Made by a program: the position numbers and the translations under genes. 64,000 nt of DNA from the NCBI GenBank assembly GCA_951406725.2, contig OX597820.1:13764001-13828000 (forward strand). Reading direction: 5' to 3'. The notes below the pieces were generated by a model. It saw only the letters and a list, made by a program, of their open reading frames with translations. It was not told the origin of the DNA and ran no database searches. The stretch's first letter is position 1. The number at the start of each line of letters is the position of its first letter. Below, piece after piece: positions 50,683-64,000 of this stretch. This DNA is from Octopus vulgaris (taxonomy: Eukaryota).

Positions 50683-51152
50683 TGAAATTGAGACAAAATA
50701 AGGAAAAATTAAGACAAAAGGAGAAACTAAGACAAAAGTAGGCGAAATTAAGGCAAAGGAAAGAGAAATTAAGGCAAAAAAGAGAAATTAAGGCAAAAGG
50801 AGAAAATAAGGCAAAGGAAAGAGAAATTAAGGCAAAGAAAAGAAAAATTAAGGCAAAAAAAGAAAAATTAAGGCAAAAGAGAAATTAAGGCAAAAAAGAG
50901 AAATTAAGGCACAAGAAGGTGAAATTAAAGCAAAAAAAAGAGAAATTAGGCAAAAGAAGAGAAATTAAGGCAAAAGAAGGAGAAATTAAGGAAAACGAAT
51001 GAGAGATTAAAGCAAAAGGAGAAATTAAGGCAAAAGGAGAGATTAAGGCAAAAGAAGGAGAGATTAAGGCAAAAGAAAGAGAAATTAAGTCGAAAGAAAG
51101 AAAAATTAAGGCAAAAGAAGGGGAAATTAAAGTAAAAGAAGGAGACAAAAGA
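50683..51152. repeat. 18-21-bp minisatellite (GAAATTAAGGCAAAAGAAG)
   Basis: More than 20 degenerate units. Confidence 0.88.
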
Positions 51153-51814
51153 GATGAATTTACTTTAGATTTGAAGGAGTTCAGGTTATAAAAAAAAATG
51201 TTTGAAGAAAAATACTTCAACCATAGAAAGATTTGCTTATTTGTAAGCCAGGTGAGATAGTTAAATAAAATAGAAATTCTTTTTAAGTGTGTCAGAAAAT
51301 TTTGAAAATGAATCACTATTCGTGTCCTTTCAAGTAATACTAAATAACCTGCAATTTTTTGTGTTAATGTTACACTAAACTAAAGATCTAAATCTATAGA
51401 TTCTCAACCAACAATACTAACACATAAATACATATACATATCATACCATTGTGATTTAACATCCTGCTTTCATGCTGGCAAAGACACTTTGAGGAGGTTT
51501 GACACGTCAAAGGACTGTGTGGTGTCACGCCCCAATACCTCTTGTTTTCTTAAACTGGTGGTGGTGGTGATGATGATGATGATACAAGTGTTGTCCCTTG
51601 TTTTCAGTCTTCTGTGAAGCACGTTCAACCATGAAGAAATATTATTTGAGTTGGGAACAGGTAAGGTTTGGCAACAGGAAGGGCATCCAGTCATAAAAAA
51701 ATAAATCTGCCTCAGTGAATTCTGTTTGACCCTTGCAGGCATGGGAAAGTGGATATCTAAATGGTGAGGGTAAATATCACATTCTGAACTTCAATAAACT
51801 CTTTTTTTTTATTC

Positions 51815-52201
51815 TTTTTTACTTGTTTCAGTAATTCGACTGTGGCCATGCTGGAGCACCGCCTTTTAGTCAAGCAAATTGACCCCAGGACTTATTCTTT
51901 GTAAGCCTAGTACTTATTCTATCGGTCTCTTTTGCCAAACCGCTAAGTTACGGGGATGTAAACACACCAGGATCGGTTGTCAAGCGATGTTGGGGGGACA
52001 AACACACACACATATATATATATATATACATATATACGACGGGCTTCTTTCAGTTTCCGTCTACCAAATCCATTCACAAGGCTTTGCTCGGCCAGAGGCT
52101 ATAGTAGAAGACACTTGCCCAAGGTGCCACGCAGTGGGACTGAACCCGGAACCATGTGGTTCGTAAGCAAGCTACTTACCACACAGCCACTCCTACGCCT
52201 A
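51815..52201 (-). mobile_element. SINE family A, full length
   Basis: Colinear with 3652-4043. Confidence 0.88.
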
Positions 52202-52847
52202 CTTTGTTCTTGAAATTTTTAATTATGATCCAAAATCGTCTTGCAAATCACTTATATCACTATTAACCCGTCCATGTCTGGTCCAAATATTCTATTTTCA
52301 AACTGGCCAGATCCAGCCTCTTACACCTACCCTACAATGTCATTTTGAAAATAAACAATCACATCAGCGAAATCTCAAATCTTTGAGATACTGCAAGATT
52401 AAATCAAAGCAATGTAAATAAATAAGGATCACATTTGACAAAATAATCTGAATGCTAACAAAAGGGTTAAAAATATTATTCTGACCTTTTTTCGGTCATT
52501 TGAATGTTGGAAAAGATACCGTTTCTTTTGCCTCGTTCTGTTTTCCTTTTCTATAATTTGAGCTTTTGCTTTCAGTGAATTTATTTTCTACTCAATAATT
52601 GTTTGTTTGTGACGTTGAAGAGAGATATTTATGTAATTTAGTTCATATAAAAAGAAAAATATATATATTAGACAGATAAGCTAATTGAAGCACCCACTTG
52701 GAATCTGAAAAGCTTGAAGATAAAAAAAAAAATGATTTTGTTTATATATATAAAGAAAAAAAAACAAGTTCTACTTCACTTCAAAATAACATAACTGATT
52801 GCAGAACTTTCCCTTGATATAACCATCTTGTCTCCAAATAGCATAGC

Positions 52848-53268
52848 CATCATCATCATCAGCAGTAGCAGCAACAACAACAACATCAACAACATCATCA
52901 TTATCATCGTCGTCGTCATTGTCGTTGTTATCATCATCATCAACATCACTATCATCAACATCAACATCATCATTCTCATCATCACCATCATCATTATCAT
53001 CATCATCAACATCATCATCATCATTCTCATCAACACCATTATCATCATTCTCATCATCGTCATCAGCATCAACATCATCATCATCATTCTCATCAACATC
53101 ATCATCATCATTCTCATCATCGTCATCAGCATCATCATCATCAACATCATCATCATCATCATTCTCATCAACATCATCATCATCATTCTCATCATCGTCA
53201 TCAGCATCATCATCATCATCATCAACATCGTCATCAACATCATTCTCATCATCATCATCTCTATCATT
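52848..53268. repeat. (CAT/CAA)n microsatellite at a LINE-type tail
   Basis: Direct inspection; adjoins GTTTTAATGTCCACTTTTCC. Confidence 0.88.
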
Positions 53269-53804
53269 GTTTTAATGTCCACTTTTCCATTCTTCCATGG
53301 GTTGGACTAGACATTTCCTGGGGTGTATTTTCTACAGCCACCTACCCTTCCTGTTACCAATCTTCTCTTGGTTCCATGTAAGATAAAGATTCCTCACGGC
53401 CAAACATATTTTCACAGAAAATTAGAAACGAAGGACACCATTTGCTTGGCAGTAACACTCGTTTACAACTATTGAGCAGTGTCACCCATAACAGGCTTCT
53501 TTCAGTTTCTGTCAACCAGATCCGCTCACAAGACTTTGGTCAGCACAGGACTACAAGGGAAGACACTTGGCCAAGGTGCCATGCAGAAGAACTGAACCTG
53601 AAGTCACAAGGTTGCAAAGCAAAGTTTTTAACCACACAGTCATGTCTGCAGCTACACATCTTTTATTCTTTATCTTTCACTTATTTCAATCATTAGAGTG
53701 CGGCCATGCTGGAGCACTGCCTTGAAAACTTTTTAGTCGAATACATGCATGTATGTATACATATATGTACATATACATATATGTACATATATATATACAT
53801 ATAT

Positions 53805-54034
53805 ATTTCTTTACTACCCACAAGGGGCTAAACATAGAGGGGACAAACAAGGACAGACAAAGGTATTAAGTTGATTACATCGACCCCAGTGCGAAACTGG
53901 TACTTTATTTATCAACCCCAAAAGGATGAAAGGCAAAGTCGACCTCGGTAGAATTTGAACTCAGAACGTAATGACAGACGAAATATCACTAAGCATTTCG
54001 CCCAGCGTGCTAATGTTTCTGCCAGCTCGCCACC
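53805..54034 (-). mobile_element. SINE family B, full length
   Basis: Reverse complement of 7047-7277. Confidence 0.88.
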
Positions 54035-55482
54035 TAAATACATATATGTATGCATGTATACATACAGTATATTCAAACATGAAAGAAACAAATAGCTCAT
54101 GTCTGTCATTTCCAACAATACAACTGACCAGGACTGATTCAATGCTTTAACATTTAAACTGGCCATATCTGGCCAAAATAATCTACCAGTATTATCTTCA
54201 AACTGGCCACATTGGGTCTCTTACACCTACCACCAATATCATTCTAAAACTAAGGAATCATGTCATTGAAATCTCAAATCTACAAGGTAACGCATGACTG
54301 CTTCACAGCAAGGGGAACGAATAAGTTTTACATTTGACAGAGAAATCTGAATGCCAAAGGGTTAAACTCTAGGGTAGTTCTTTTTTATGGGGGTCAGAAG
54401 AAAAACAAAACCAGAGCATCTGAGAGGCAACCAGATTCAGGGATTGCCAAGAAGATTGGTAATGCCAGATACAAAAGACTTAGTGGGGTTCTGTTCCATT
54501 TGTAGATCTGATGGACACTCATTGACTCTTTGTCGAGGTCTTCTAACCTTGGGGCCAATCCAGCTCCAATATACAAAGGTGAGGCCCTACAATGGTGTTG
54601 CTGATTTGGTCACCAAAGTCCAGAGATGAAACACATAGTAACGGTCTACATGATTCCCAGTAGCAGATCATCTTTATCTGACATATGCGCAGGTTTGACT
54701 GTGTGGGAAGAGTTTTAGTTAACCTGATTGACCCACCCACCTCTCACCAGGAATTGTTTTTATAAGTCTGGCACTTATCCTCTCCGTCTCTTTTGCCAAA
54801 CTGCTAAGTTACGGGGATGTAAACAACACAACAACACCAATTGTGAAGCAGTGGTGGGATGACAAACACAGATACACATTTATTAGTCACCCAACGAGAT
54901 ACATCTGCACTGCCGGATCCTTCTGAACCAGCTGTTAAGTGCCCCACCCACGAGGGATCAATGCTAGATGTGTCAAAACAATAGTCATAATTAATAATAA
55001 ATTCTCGTATGTGCCGGTGGCACGTAAAAAGCACCATCCGTCTGGCACCTGTGTGGGTGGCACGTAAAAAGCACCCACTACACTCACGGAGTGGTTGGCG
55101 TTAGGAAGGGCATCCAGCCATAGAAACACTGCCAGATCAGACTGGGCCTGATGCAGCCTTCTGGCTTCACAGACCCCAGTTGAACCGTCCAACCCATGCT
55201 AGCATGGAAAGCGGACGCTAAATGATGATGATGATATATGTACACATAGATTCAGATGAATATGGTACTTAAGTTGAGTGTCTATCTCCTTAACTACTTG
55301 GAGATTTTTGGTATAATTTTACTAATGTGTCCATCTGTTCTTATTTAACTAAATTCTATGTTTTTGTGCAGCTGAAAATTGCTCTACATTTTAAATTGAT
55401 GAAATGTAATGATTGTTTTGTTCAATTAAATGGAGGTGCATGAAATGATCGTACTGCATTACCTCTGGATATCCTTGTTGCT

Positions 55483-55529
<47 letters not shown>

Positions 55530-55784
55530 CATACATATATACGATAGGCTTTTTTCAGTTTCCCTCAACCAAATCCACTCACAAGGCTTTGGTTTTTGGC
55601 TTGAGAATATAGTAGAATAAAGTTGCCTAAGATGCAACACAATGGGGGAACCAAAACAAAACTTATGATGTTGCAGAACAAACTGTTTAACTCCACAGCC
55701 TCTTGGTGCCACGTGAAACGCACCCAGTACACTCTGTAGAGTGGTAAAGGTAAAGTTTATAAAGCTACCATTTCAAGTCATGAT

Positions 55785-56010
55785 GACTCATAAGGACCGG
55801 TTCCCCAGTTTTATAGCGTATGAAATCCCCACCTGGACAAGATACTGGTCTGTCGCAGCGTTACTCATTTTTGCCAGCTGAATGGACTGGAGCAATGTGA
55901 AATGAAGTGTTTTGCTCAAGAACACAATGTGTCGCCCAGTCCAGGAATTGAAACCACAATCTTACGATCATGAGTCCAACACTCCATAACCACTAAGCCA
56001 TGCGCCTCCC
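55785..56010 (-). mobile_element. tRNA-derived SINE (family D) inserted into an RTE 3'-end copy
   Basis: Head GGAGGCGCATGGCTTAGTGGTTA, B-box-like GGTTTCAATTCC, CORE-like CTTGAGCAAAACAC and V-like CTGCGACAGACCAG...GTCCAGG. Confidence 0.7.
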
Positions 56011-57260
56011 CTGTAAAGTGGCTGGCATTAGGAAGGGCATCCAGTCATGGAAACCATGACAAAACAGACAATTGGAGCTTGGTGCAGCTCTCTAGCTTGC
56101 CAGCTCCTGTCGAACCGTCCAACCCATACCAGCATGGAAAACGAACGTTAAATAATAATGATGATGAGCCATCACTACAGTCAAGCACATCTATACACGA
56201 AGAGCTTCCATATATTTTCCTCTGTACTAAATTTCACTAACAAAATATCGGTAAACTCGAAGCTACAGTAGAAAACATTTGCCCAAGTTGCCATGCAATG
56301 GAATCGAACCTACAAACCACATGCTCGTGATGCAAACATCGTAACCAAGCAGCTATCCCAACGTCTCTATAGTTTTACATGCCAGCAAAAGAGATGTAGT
56401 TTTGCACACTTATGATTGTTCATTGTTTCAGATAAGTAGACGTAGTTGGCTCTTCAACCACACAAAAAGGAGTTGTCTATCGCCATTCAAACTTACTTAG
56501 GCATGTACAGAGACGGGGAAGTAAATTTACAGATATTAATCTGTGGAAGGCTTAAATATTACGACTAAGATAACGTGCAGAAGATCTATATTTAACGTGC
56601 AGAATGTAGGATCGGATCACACTTATACAATACAGTGAGATGAGAAACTTCGAGCGACTGAAATTACCCATGCAATTAATAAATAAAGCTCTCTTTCAAA
56701 TGCTTAAATTTTTTTTTCCAAGACTAACAGGGGAAATAACTCTAATATAATCAGTTAAAGGGGAAATTTGTGGAATATTGACAATCCTCATGGGGATGGA
56801 TCCTAACAATTTAGAGTTATCTCCCTTGTTTTTTGTTTTTTTTCATTATTATGGATTTTAAGACATCTCGAGAGGGAGATTTTGGTAGCTAATAGTGTGG
56901 ATAATATTTGACCGAAAATTTTCAAAACATGTTACATATATGAGATCCTACCACGCTTGGGTTTAGTATAGAGAACGAAGCTCTGGAATATTTCCCCCAT
57001 CCCAGCCGTTGTATATGCTAAGTCTAAATGTTAATTTCTGTTGAGGTTAGATATAGTTAATTAGTTAATTAAATGGACATTCAAAGCTTTACAGGTGATG
57101 ATTTTACTGATCCTTGTGGATTAACCTTCAAAATCAAATCAGGCAGGGTTTGAAATCAAAATACAGTGGGTCCGAAACGGTCTTTATGATGAGAGCAAGT
57201 ATGAAAGTGCGCGCGCGAGTGTGCGTGCGTATGTGTGTGTGCGTGTATGCATGTGTGTGC

Positions 57261-57329
<69 letters not shown>

Positions 57330-57610
57330 AACAATTAATGAATGCTCGTTAATAAATAAATTAGCACAACAATAAATATTTGCTTTAATTACTCAATTCA
57401 TTTGGTTGATCATTTCCTAGCAGCATGGAGAAATAATCAGATTTTTATGGTTAACTTGGCGGCAGCATCCAACACCAAAAATCAGAGCTGAGAACGGCGA
57501 TGGGGTTAAACATAATGACTGATCAAGAGGAATGGGAAAAAAATCAATGAACAGCCGGTAGATTTCCGAAGTGTCTTTGGGGCTATAACCACACAATATT
57601 GGTTTTATTC

Positions 57611-57641
<31 letters not shown>

Positions 57642-57776
57642 TATATCAACAGCAACAATCGCCCCTTCCAGGACAGCCACATAATGTTGGCGAATAGTCT
57701 TTACTTTGAAGAACTGTTACTGAAAAATATCTCTTTGAGAAATTTAGAAATAATAACGTTTATATATATATATATA

Positions 57777-57983
57777 CGGTACTACTTAAGAAGAGTGGTC
57801 CAGGTGCGCGCACTCGCGTACTCGCGCATCCGCACTAGCTAGTCGTGACTAGTCAATCCGACAACGACTACCTAGCAAAGTAAATAGAAGACAAAAACAC
57901 AAAGTAAGGATCGACTAGTCACGACTAGCTAACGCGGATACGCGAGTGCGCGCACCGGGACCACTCTTCTTAAGTAGTACCTG
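57777..57983. mobile_element. CpG-rich foldback MITE in (TA)n
   Basis: Inverted arms of about 80 bp, GGTACTACTTAAGAAGAGTGGTCC... / ...GGACCACTCTTCTTAAGTAGTACC; TA on both sides. Confidence 0.8.
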
Positions 57984-58041
57984 TATATATATATACATAC
58001 ATATATATATACATACATATATATATACATACATACATACA

Positions 58042-58120
<79 letters not shown>

Positions 58121-59938
58121 CAGATTGTTTCTGCTATCGTTTACAAACTATAACCGTGGATTATAAGATAACATGCAGGGACCCCTCCCGAAATGTCGAC
58201 ACTTACATTATAAATATTTATATAAGCACAGATATATATACAGAAGAAAAGCAGAAATAGGAAGACAGAAATAATTAAAGAAAGGGTGAAAAATAAAAAA
58301 ATAAAAAATGAAAACAGAGGAAGGAATAAAGGTAAATGGCAAACAGGGAGAGAACAGACTAAACGTAGACTAAAGTGGAAATACTAACAGTGTTACAGCA
58401 ACTTCGGGTCGATCAGTTGAGTTCCATAAGAAATCGAAGCGTTAAAAAGAATGTGTTGAAAGCTGATGGAGACGGTCCGATTTACAAGACGGCTTCTAGA
58501 GAACAACGATTGCGTGGGTTGTGAGAAAGAAAGTGAAGAGATCAAACAAAGACAGAAAGAAAAAAAGTGTAGAGTAGGAGGGCGAAAACAGAAAGTGTAA
58601 GAGAGAAAAGAGGAAGTATACAGAGCGGAGTGAGAGAAAGAGAAAGCGCTTTATTAAAGAGGTATGTAGAGAGAGAGAGAGAGAAGTAGAAACAGAATGA
58701 TAGAATGAGGGAATGAAGAAATATAAGAACAAAAGAGAACGAGAGGAAACTAATGGAATAACGGACAATTAAATAAAACGAAGGGATATAGATAGGGTTA
58801 AAGATGTAAAGCGAAAAGGATGAAAGAGGAGAAAGGACATGTTTATATATAGAGAGATATATACATATATATAAAGGATGAAGAGAGAAAAGAAGAACGG
58901 GGAGGAGGAATAAGCGGGAGAATGAGGGAAGAAAGAAGGGGAAAATGAAAGAGAAAGTAGGGGTGCGGGTAGAGTAAAAGAAGACAAAATGAGGAGAGAT
59001 GAAAGACGGATAAATGAATGGAGAAAGCAGGAAGTTTATGTGAAGATAAAAGAGAGATTGAATAGAGAGAGAGAAAGAAAATACGAAAGATGAATCGACG
59101 ACGCGAATAAGAGAAATCTAGGAAAAATACACAAGAGTGTGAAAGGATCTAACATTATATATAAATTGCAAAAATTTAAATGACATCAATTAATGGACAG
59201 TTTAAAAATGAAAGAGAGAACAGTGAAAGAAATGAGAATTTATGAGCGAAATGGGAAGAAAAAAGGGGGAAAAGGAGAGATGGAAACCAGAAAACTACGA
59301 AAAGTGAGTGAAAAGGAGACAGATGTACTTGAGAAATAGAAAGTAAAGGGCAAAGAGAATGAGAGAAAAAAAGTCTGAGAAAGTCATATGTTTGTGTGCA
59401 AACAGGAAATTCGATAGACACAGAAAAACAGAACATACGAAAGAGAGACACACAAAAACATACATTCATATATGTTATATTATATTATGTTATATTGTAT
59501 TATATTATATGCACATGCATACACAGATATCTAGGTATGAGTGGCCGGATAAATTCCTGTAAAGTTTAAAAGAAAACGATTATGAAAGCATGTGTTTGTG
59601 TATAAATGCGAGTCGGTCTGTGATTGTCTGTGCGTGTGCCTAAGCGTGGTAATGTGTGTGTTACTGAGGTTTTATTTACGTAAAGCACTGAATTATGTCG
59701 GCATATAAAAGCTGTTTTGTTAAGATATATGCTGTGTGACAAATACAATAGAAATGTACAGAGGTACCAGCATTAAACTACATATACATATATAAATATA
59801 TACATATTAGAGGGAAACCACTATGTGGACACCCTTATGCTAGAAATAGATCCGCTATGGTTTTTACCACTGAGAAATGTTCTCAAGAAAAATTTAGCAA
59901 AACAACCAAAACGTATATAAACAACAAAAGCATATATA

Positions 59939-60011
<73 letters not shown>

Positions 60012-61377
60012 GCATTACATCATGCGCACACACACACACACGCTCGCACGAAAGCATCTATTTGAGTAAAAGAAAGTAAAGAATTAATTAAAAAGAAAGA
60101 ATATATATATATAAAGGGTTGTATATTATATTACCTCTGATCCACGATGGAGGGAAATGTTTTTATTTACCGCTGTTAAAGTTGATTTTGTTAGAAGCAA
60201 ACAGTTTTTACGAGAGTTTTCGACAGATAACAATTCGTCTTACAGACAGACACACGAGCACATTGCACGCTTGTATACGTGTGCGTATTTACGCGTGTGT
60301 ATGTGTGTGTGTGTTTGTACCGCTTATGTATACGAATACATGTGCGCTTCTACAGATTATGTGTACGTGTGCGTACGTGTGTTTTGTGTAGTAGGAGAGA
60401 GGTGGGTGCCACTTCTTAACACTTTTGGGAAGGCCAAAAAAAAAGAACAAAACTAATATAACTTCCGGTTATTAAGGAAGAGGAACTGCACAGGTTTTGC
60501 CTCTCCAACTGTGTCAGTTTCGCGTGATTTTTTTTATTTAAATATCTGCTTTTCTTGTCCAAACAAGACGAAGATCGTCAGTGATCCTGCTGCTTTAAAT
60601 ACAGATTTCTTACATATGCGAGACGCTTCAGATTTGAAGGAATGGCACGCTCGATTTTATCAACCCCTAGGAGGATAAAAAGAGCGACGTTGATTTCATT
60701 CAGAACGTAAGGAGGCGGGATAATTACAAGTTATCTTGTCCGATGCGCTAACCATTTTAAACTATCCATAACGTGGTAAACACCGTAAACGTCGACAAAT
60801 CGAATCCGTGAAAACTTAGGCATAACTACACAAATGTACCCCGCATCGACTTATGCATAACTACACAAATGTGCCCCATACTGAATTGATTTCTTTTTTT
60901 CAGAACTTTCTTTAAATTTTATATTTTTTAATAAGATGTTATCCAAATACGCTTCAGACAGTGTAAATTACGATTATTTCAGAATTTGTTGAGAAAATAT
61001 TTTCGTACATGAGTAAAAAGCATTTCGGATATATTTCACACGGATCGACTTTGTTTCCTCATACATTTTAATAATGTATATTACAATTATATTGGGAAAA
61101 ATATTACTTTTTTAGGATTATTCCATCCTTTCCCCTTCAAGAATTTGTTAAATAAATATTTAAAAAAATAAATTACCCTAACCCTATCCCAGGCCTATAG
61201 TATACCCACAGCCATACAAACAAATTCGCCTATCTTTTATCTTTCGCTTATTTCAGTCTGCGGCCTTGCTGGGGCAGTGCCTCGATAATTTTTTTTTACT
61301 TGAATGAATCAACCTTAGTACTTAATTGTTTGTTTTTTTTAACCTGGTACATATTCTATAGGTCTCTTCGGTTAATA

Positions 61378-61427
61378 TAGGTTAATAATCTTAACTTAAT
61401 CCCGGGCAACGCTGGGCTATACTGCCA

Positions 61428-61502
<75 letters not shown>

Positions 61503-61656
61503 CATATATGTATGTATGTATGTATGTATGCATATATATATATGTATGTATGCATATATATATGTGGAGGCGCAATGGCCCAGTGGTTATATACATATAT
61601 ATATATATATGTATGTATATATATATATGTGGAGGCGCAATGGCCCAGTGGTTATA

Positions 61657-61704
<48 letters not shown>

Positions 61705-61721
61705 CCACTGGGCCATTGCGC

Positions 61722-61763
<42 letters not shown>

Positions 61764-61813
61764 TGGCAGTATAGCCCAGCGTTGCCCGGGATTAAGTTAG
61801 GATTATTAACCTA
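61378..61813. repeat. Foldback with 53-bp arms (1 mismatch) around TA repeats and three SINE-head fragments
   Basis: 61378-61430 is the reverse complement of 61761-61813. GGAGGCGCAATGGCCCAGTGGTTA at 61566 and 61631 (+), with a 23-nt inverted copy at 61702. Confidence 0.85.
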
Positions 61814-62285
61814 ATCAAGTGCTTTGTTTAAAACCAAACTAAGTAACACCGACGTCAAATTTGAGCGAAATCTGTTGAAACTGGTAAAAATTTGGCTGAA
61901 AATGGGTTGCAGACAATTTGATTGGGAAATCCCATAAGGAATCGGTTTATCGATTTTTCCACTCATCAATTGTTTTTTTGTTTTTTGTATTTATTTATTT
62001 TTTTTATTTTTTTTTTTGAGAACTTAAAGCATTCAAAGATCCCATGAGTCCTAAGTAACGCCGGCATAAAGTTTGAACAAAATACATCAAAATTGGTAAA
62101 AGTTATGGTTGAAAATGAGGTGTAGCCAATTTTAGTGAGAAATCCTATAAGGAATCGGTTTATCAATTTTCCATCCTGAGTGAATGGAAAACGCCATAAG
62201 GAATCAGTTTATTGATTTTTCACCCCAAATAGGACTTAACCGAACACAACATTGCGGATTCAAAAAATCTATATTTATACTTTAA
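61761..62285 (+). mobile_element. Possible Helitron/Helentron-like non-autonomous element
   Basis: Start TACTGGCAGTATAGCCCAGCGTTGCCCGGG; internal AAATTTGAGCGAAATC-type motifs; three copies of ATAAGGAATC(G/A)GTTTAT. Confidence 0.45.
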
Positions 62286-62659
62286 AGTTGGTTTTCACAC
62301 CCAACCCAGTTCTGCAGAAACGCATAGGTTGGGAGTTTGACCGGCAGAGGTGATCAGGTTGCATATGCTGGCCCTTTCGAAACCACCACCCCATCATCTA
62401 ACCCCCTTGTCCCATGGGTTGGGAGCCCTTCCACCAAGGAAAATAGAATGCCCAAAAGGGCTCCCGGTCCTCTGTGTCAGAAGAGGTTATGTTCGGATCA
62501 CAACTAAGCTAAACTAGCGCAAGGGGCTCGGGAGCCTCTGAAAGGCAGCGACTAATCCCGATCTAGACCTAACCCCTCCCAGGGGTACTATCGGTCAAAG
62601 CTGCATCGAAGATATGCATTGGAGAAGGTTGTATCGAAGGTTTGCACGCTATTATATAC

Positions 62660-62692
<33 letters not shown>

Positions 62693-62764
62693 ATATGTCA
62701 CATTCTCTACAATACATATGTGTATATATCCATGCATATATGGGTACAGGACATATATATATAT

Positions 62765-63745
62765 ACGATGGGCTTCTTTCAGTTTCCGTGTACCAAATCC
62801 ACTCACAAGACTTTGGTTAGCCCGAGGCAATAGTAGAAGACACTTGCCAACGGTTACACGCAATGGGACTGAACCCGGTACCATGTGGTTGGTATGCAAG
62901 CTACTTACCACACAGCCACTCCTGCGTATGTATATTTCAAAAATTTCACAAAAACATAGCAAACAAAAAATTTGTAGCTAATTTCTCAGCAGTCAATGTC
63001 CAAAAATTCCTTACAATTTCGCGCCTTTAACATTTATATTGTTCACTTTTTGTGGTGCCAGTGGCGAAAAGCCACTGGGAATAACTAACGAAATTACATG
63101 ACAATAACGAAAGCAAACACGACAAAATAAAATAAAACATACATATAAAATAAAATAAAATATACATATGCAACAAAAAGAGCGGTGCAACAGAAAGCCA
63201 GACAGATATGGGAGACGGGCTTCTTTCAGTTTCCGTCAACCAAATTCACTCACAAGGCTTTAGTCGGCCCGAGGCTATAGTAGGATACCCTTACCCAAGG
63301 TGGCATGCAGTGGGACTGAACCAGGAGCCGTGTGGTTGGGAAGCAAGCTACTTACCACACAACTATTCCTGCGCCTATTCATCTAATTTTGGACGGAGTA
63401 TTTCTTCAGATAATCCGGTAAATGCACGCTTTGGTTTCGATCCGACAGTGGGTTAATAATGGGCGAATGTATATATTTGCGTGTGCATGTAATATACATG
63501 TGTGTCTGTGCGCGTGCGTGTGGAAGTCTTGTGAATGGATTTGGTAGACGGAATCTGAAAGAGGCCCCTCATATGCGTGTTTGTGTCTCTGTTCGTCCCC
63601 CAACATCGCTCGACAACCGAAGCTGGTGTGTTTGCGTGCCCGTAACTTAGCGGTTCTGCAAAAGTGACCCATAGAATAAGTACTAGGCTTACAAAAAATA
63701 AGTCCTGGAGTCGATTTGCTCGACTAAAGGCGGTGCTCCAGCATG
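62765..63745. mobile_element. Three partial SINE family A copies (62765-62928 -, 63215-63376 -, 63520-63745 +)
   Basis: Match to family A. Confidence 0.8.
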
Positions 63746-64000
63746 GGAGAATGAAAGACAAAGTTCAGCTTGACAGGATTTGAACCACGAACGTAAAATA
63801 ATATAACATCAACATTTCAGTAACATAAATACTAAAAAAAAATAATAATAAAATGATGCAGTGAGGTGGTTGTGAGTTCAAATTCCACGAGGATCAACTT
63901 TGGTAATCATCCCTCAGGGCTCAATAAAATAAAGCACCAGTCAAGTACAAAGGTTCCACTCTTCAAAATTGCTGGCCTTGTGTGAGAATTAGAAAGAAGT

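Noticed and set aside
58380-58530. Possible coding exon in a mixed-composition stretch
   Set aside because: The plus-strand frames checked contain stops or give no recognisable peptide; not supportable without a search.

Overview
Repeat-saturated animal genomic DNA. The SINE/LINE types and the very high microsatellite load point to a coleoid cephalopod, most likely Octopus (inference). One host protein-coding gene is supported: a minus-strand RLIG1/C12orf29-like RNA ligase. Five coding exons were reconstructed by hand (40032-39825, 10553-10423, 7391-7307, 5828-5741, 2114-2011), all with GT-AG junctions and consistent phases. The KxDG motif lysine falls at residue 57, the first coding intron is about 29 kb, and the remaining exons lie beyond the left edge. 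The rest is intronic or upstream sequence. It holds a 5'-truncated RTE LINE with a PHD-type Cys cluster, two R4/Dong-type LINE ends in (TAA)n, a mariner end, hAT- and piggyBac-like MITEs, several tRNA-derived SINE families, foldbacks and many micro/minisatellites. The most unusual signal is a roughly 290-bp element joining a Pol III tRNA-like head to a minimal Penelope-type hammerhead ribozyme. It occurs as head-to-head palindromes and tandem pairs. Nearly all long ORFs in the supplied track are simple-repeat artefacts. Repeat boundaries are approximate unless a TSD or TIR is quoted.
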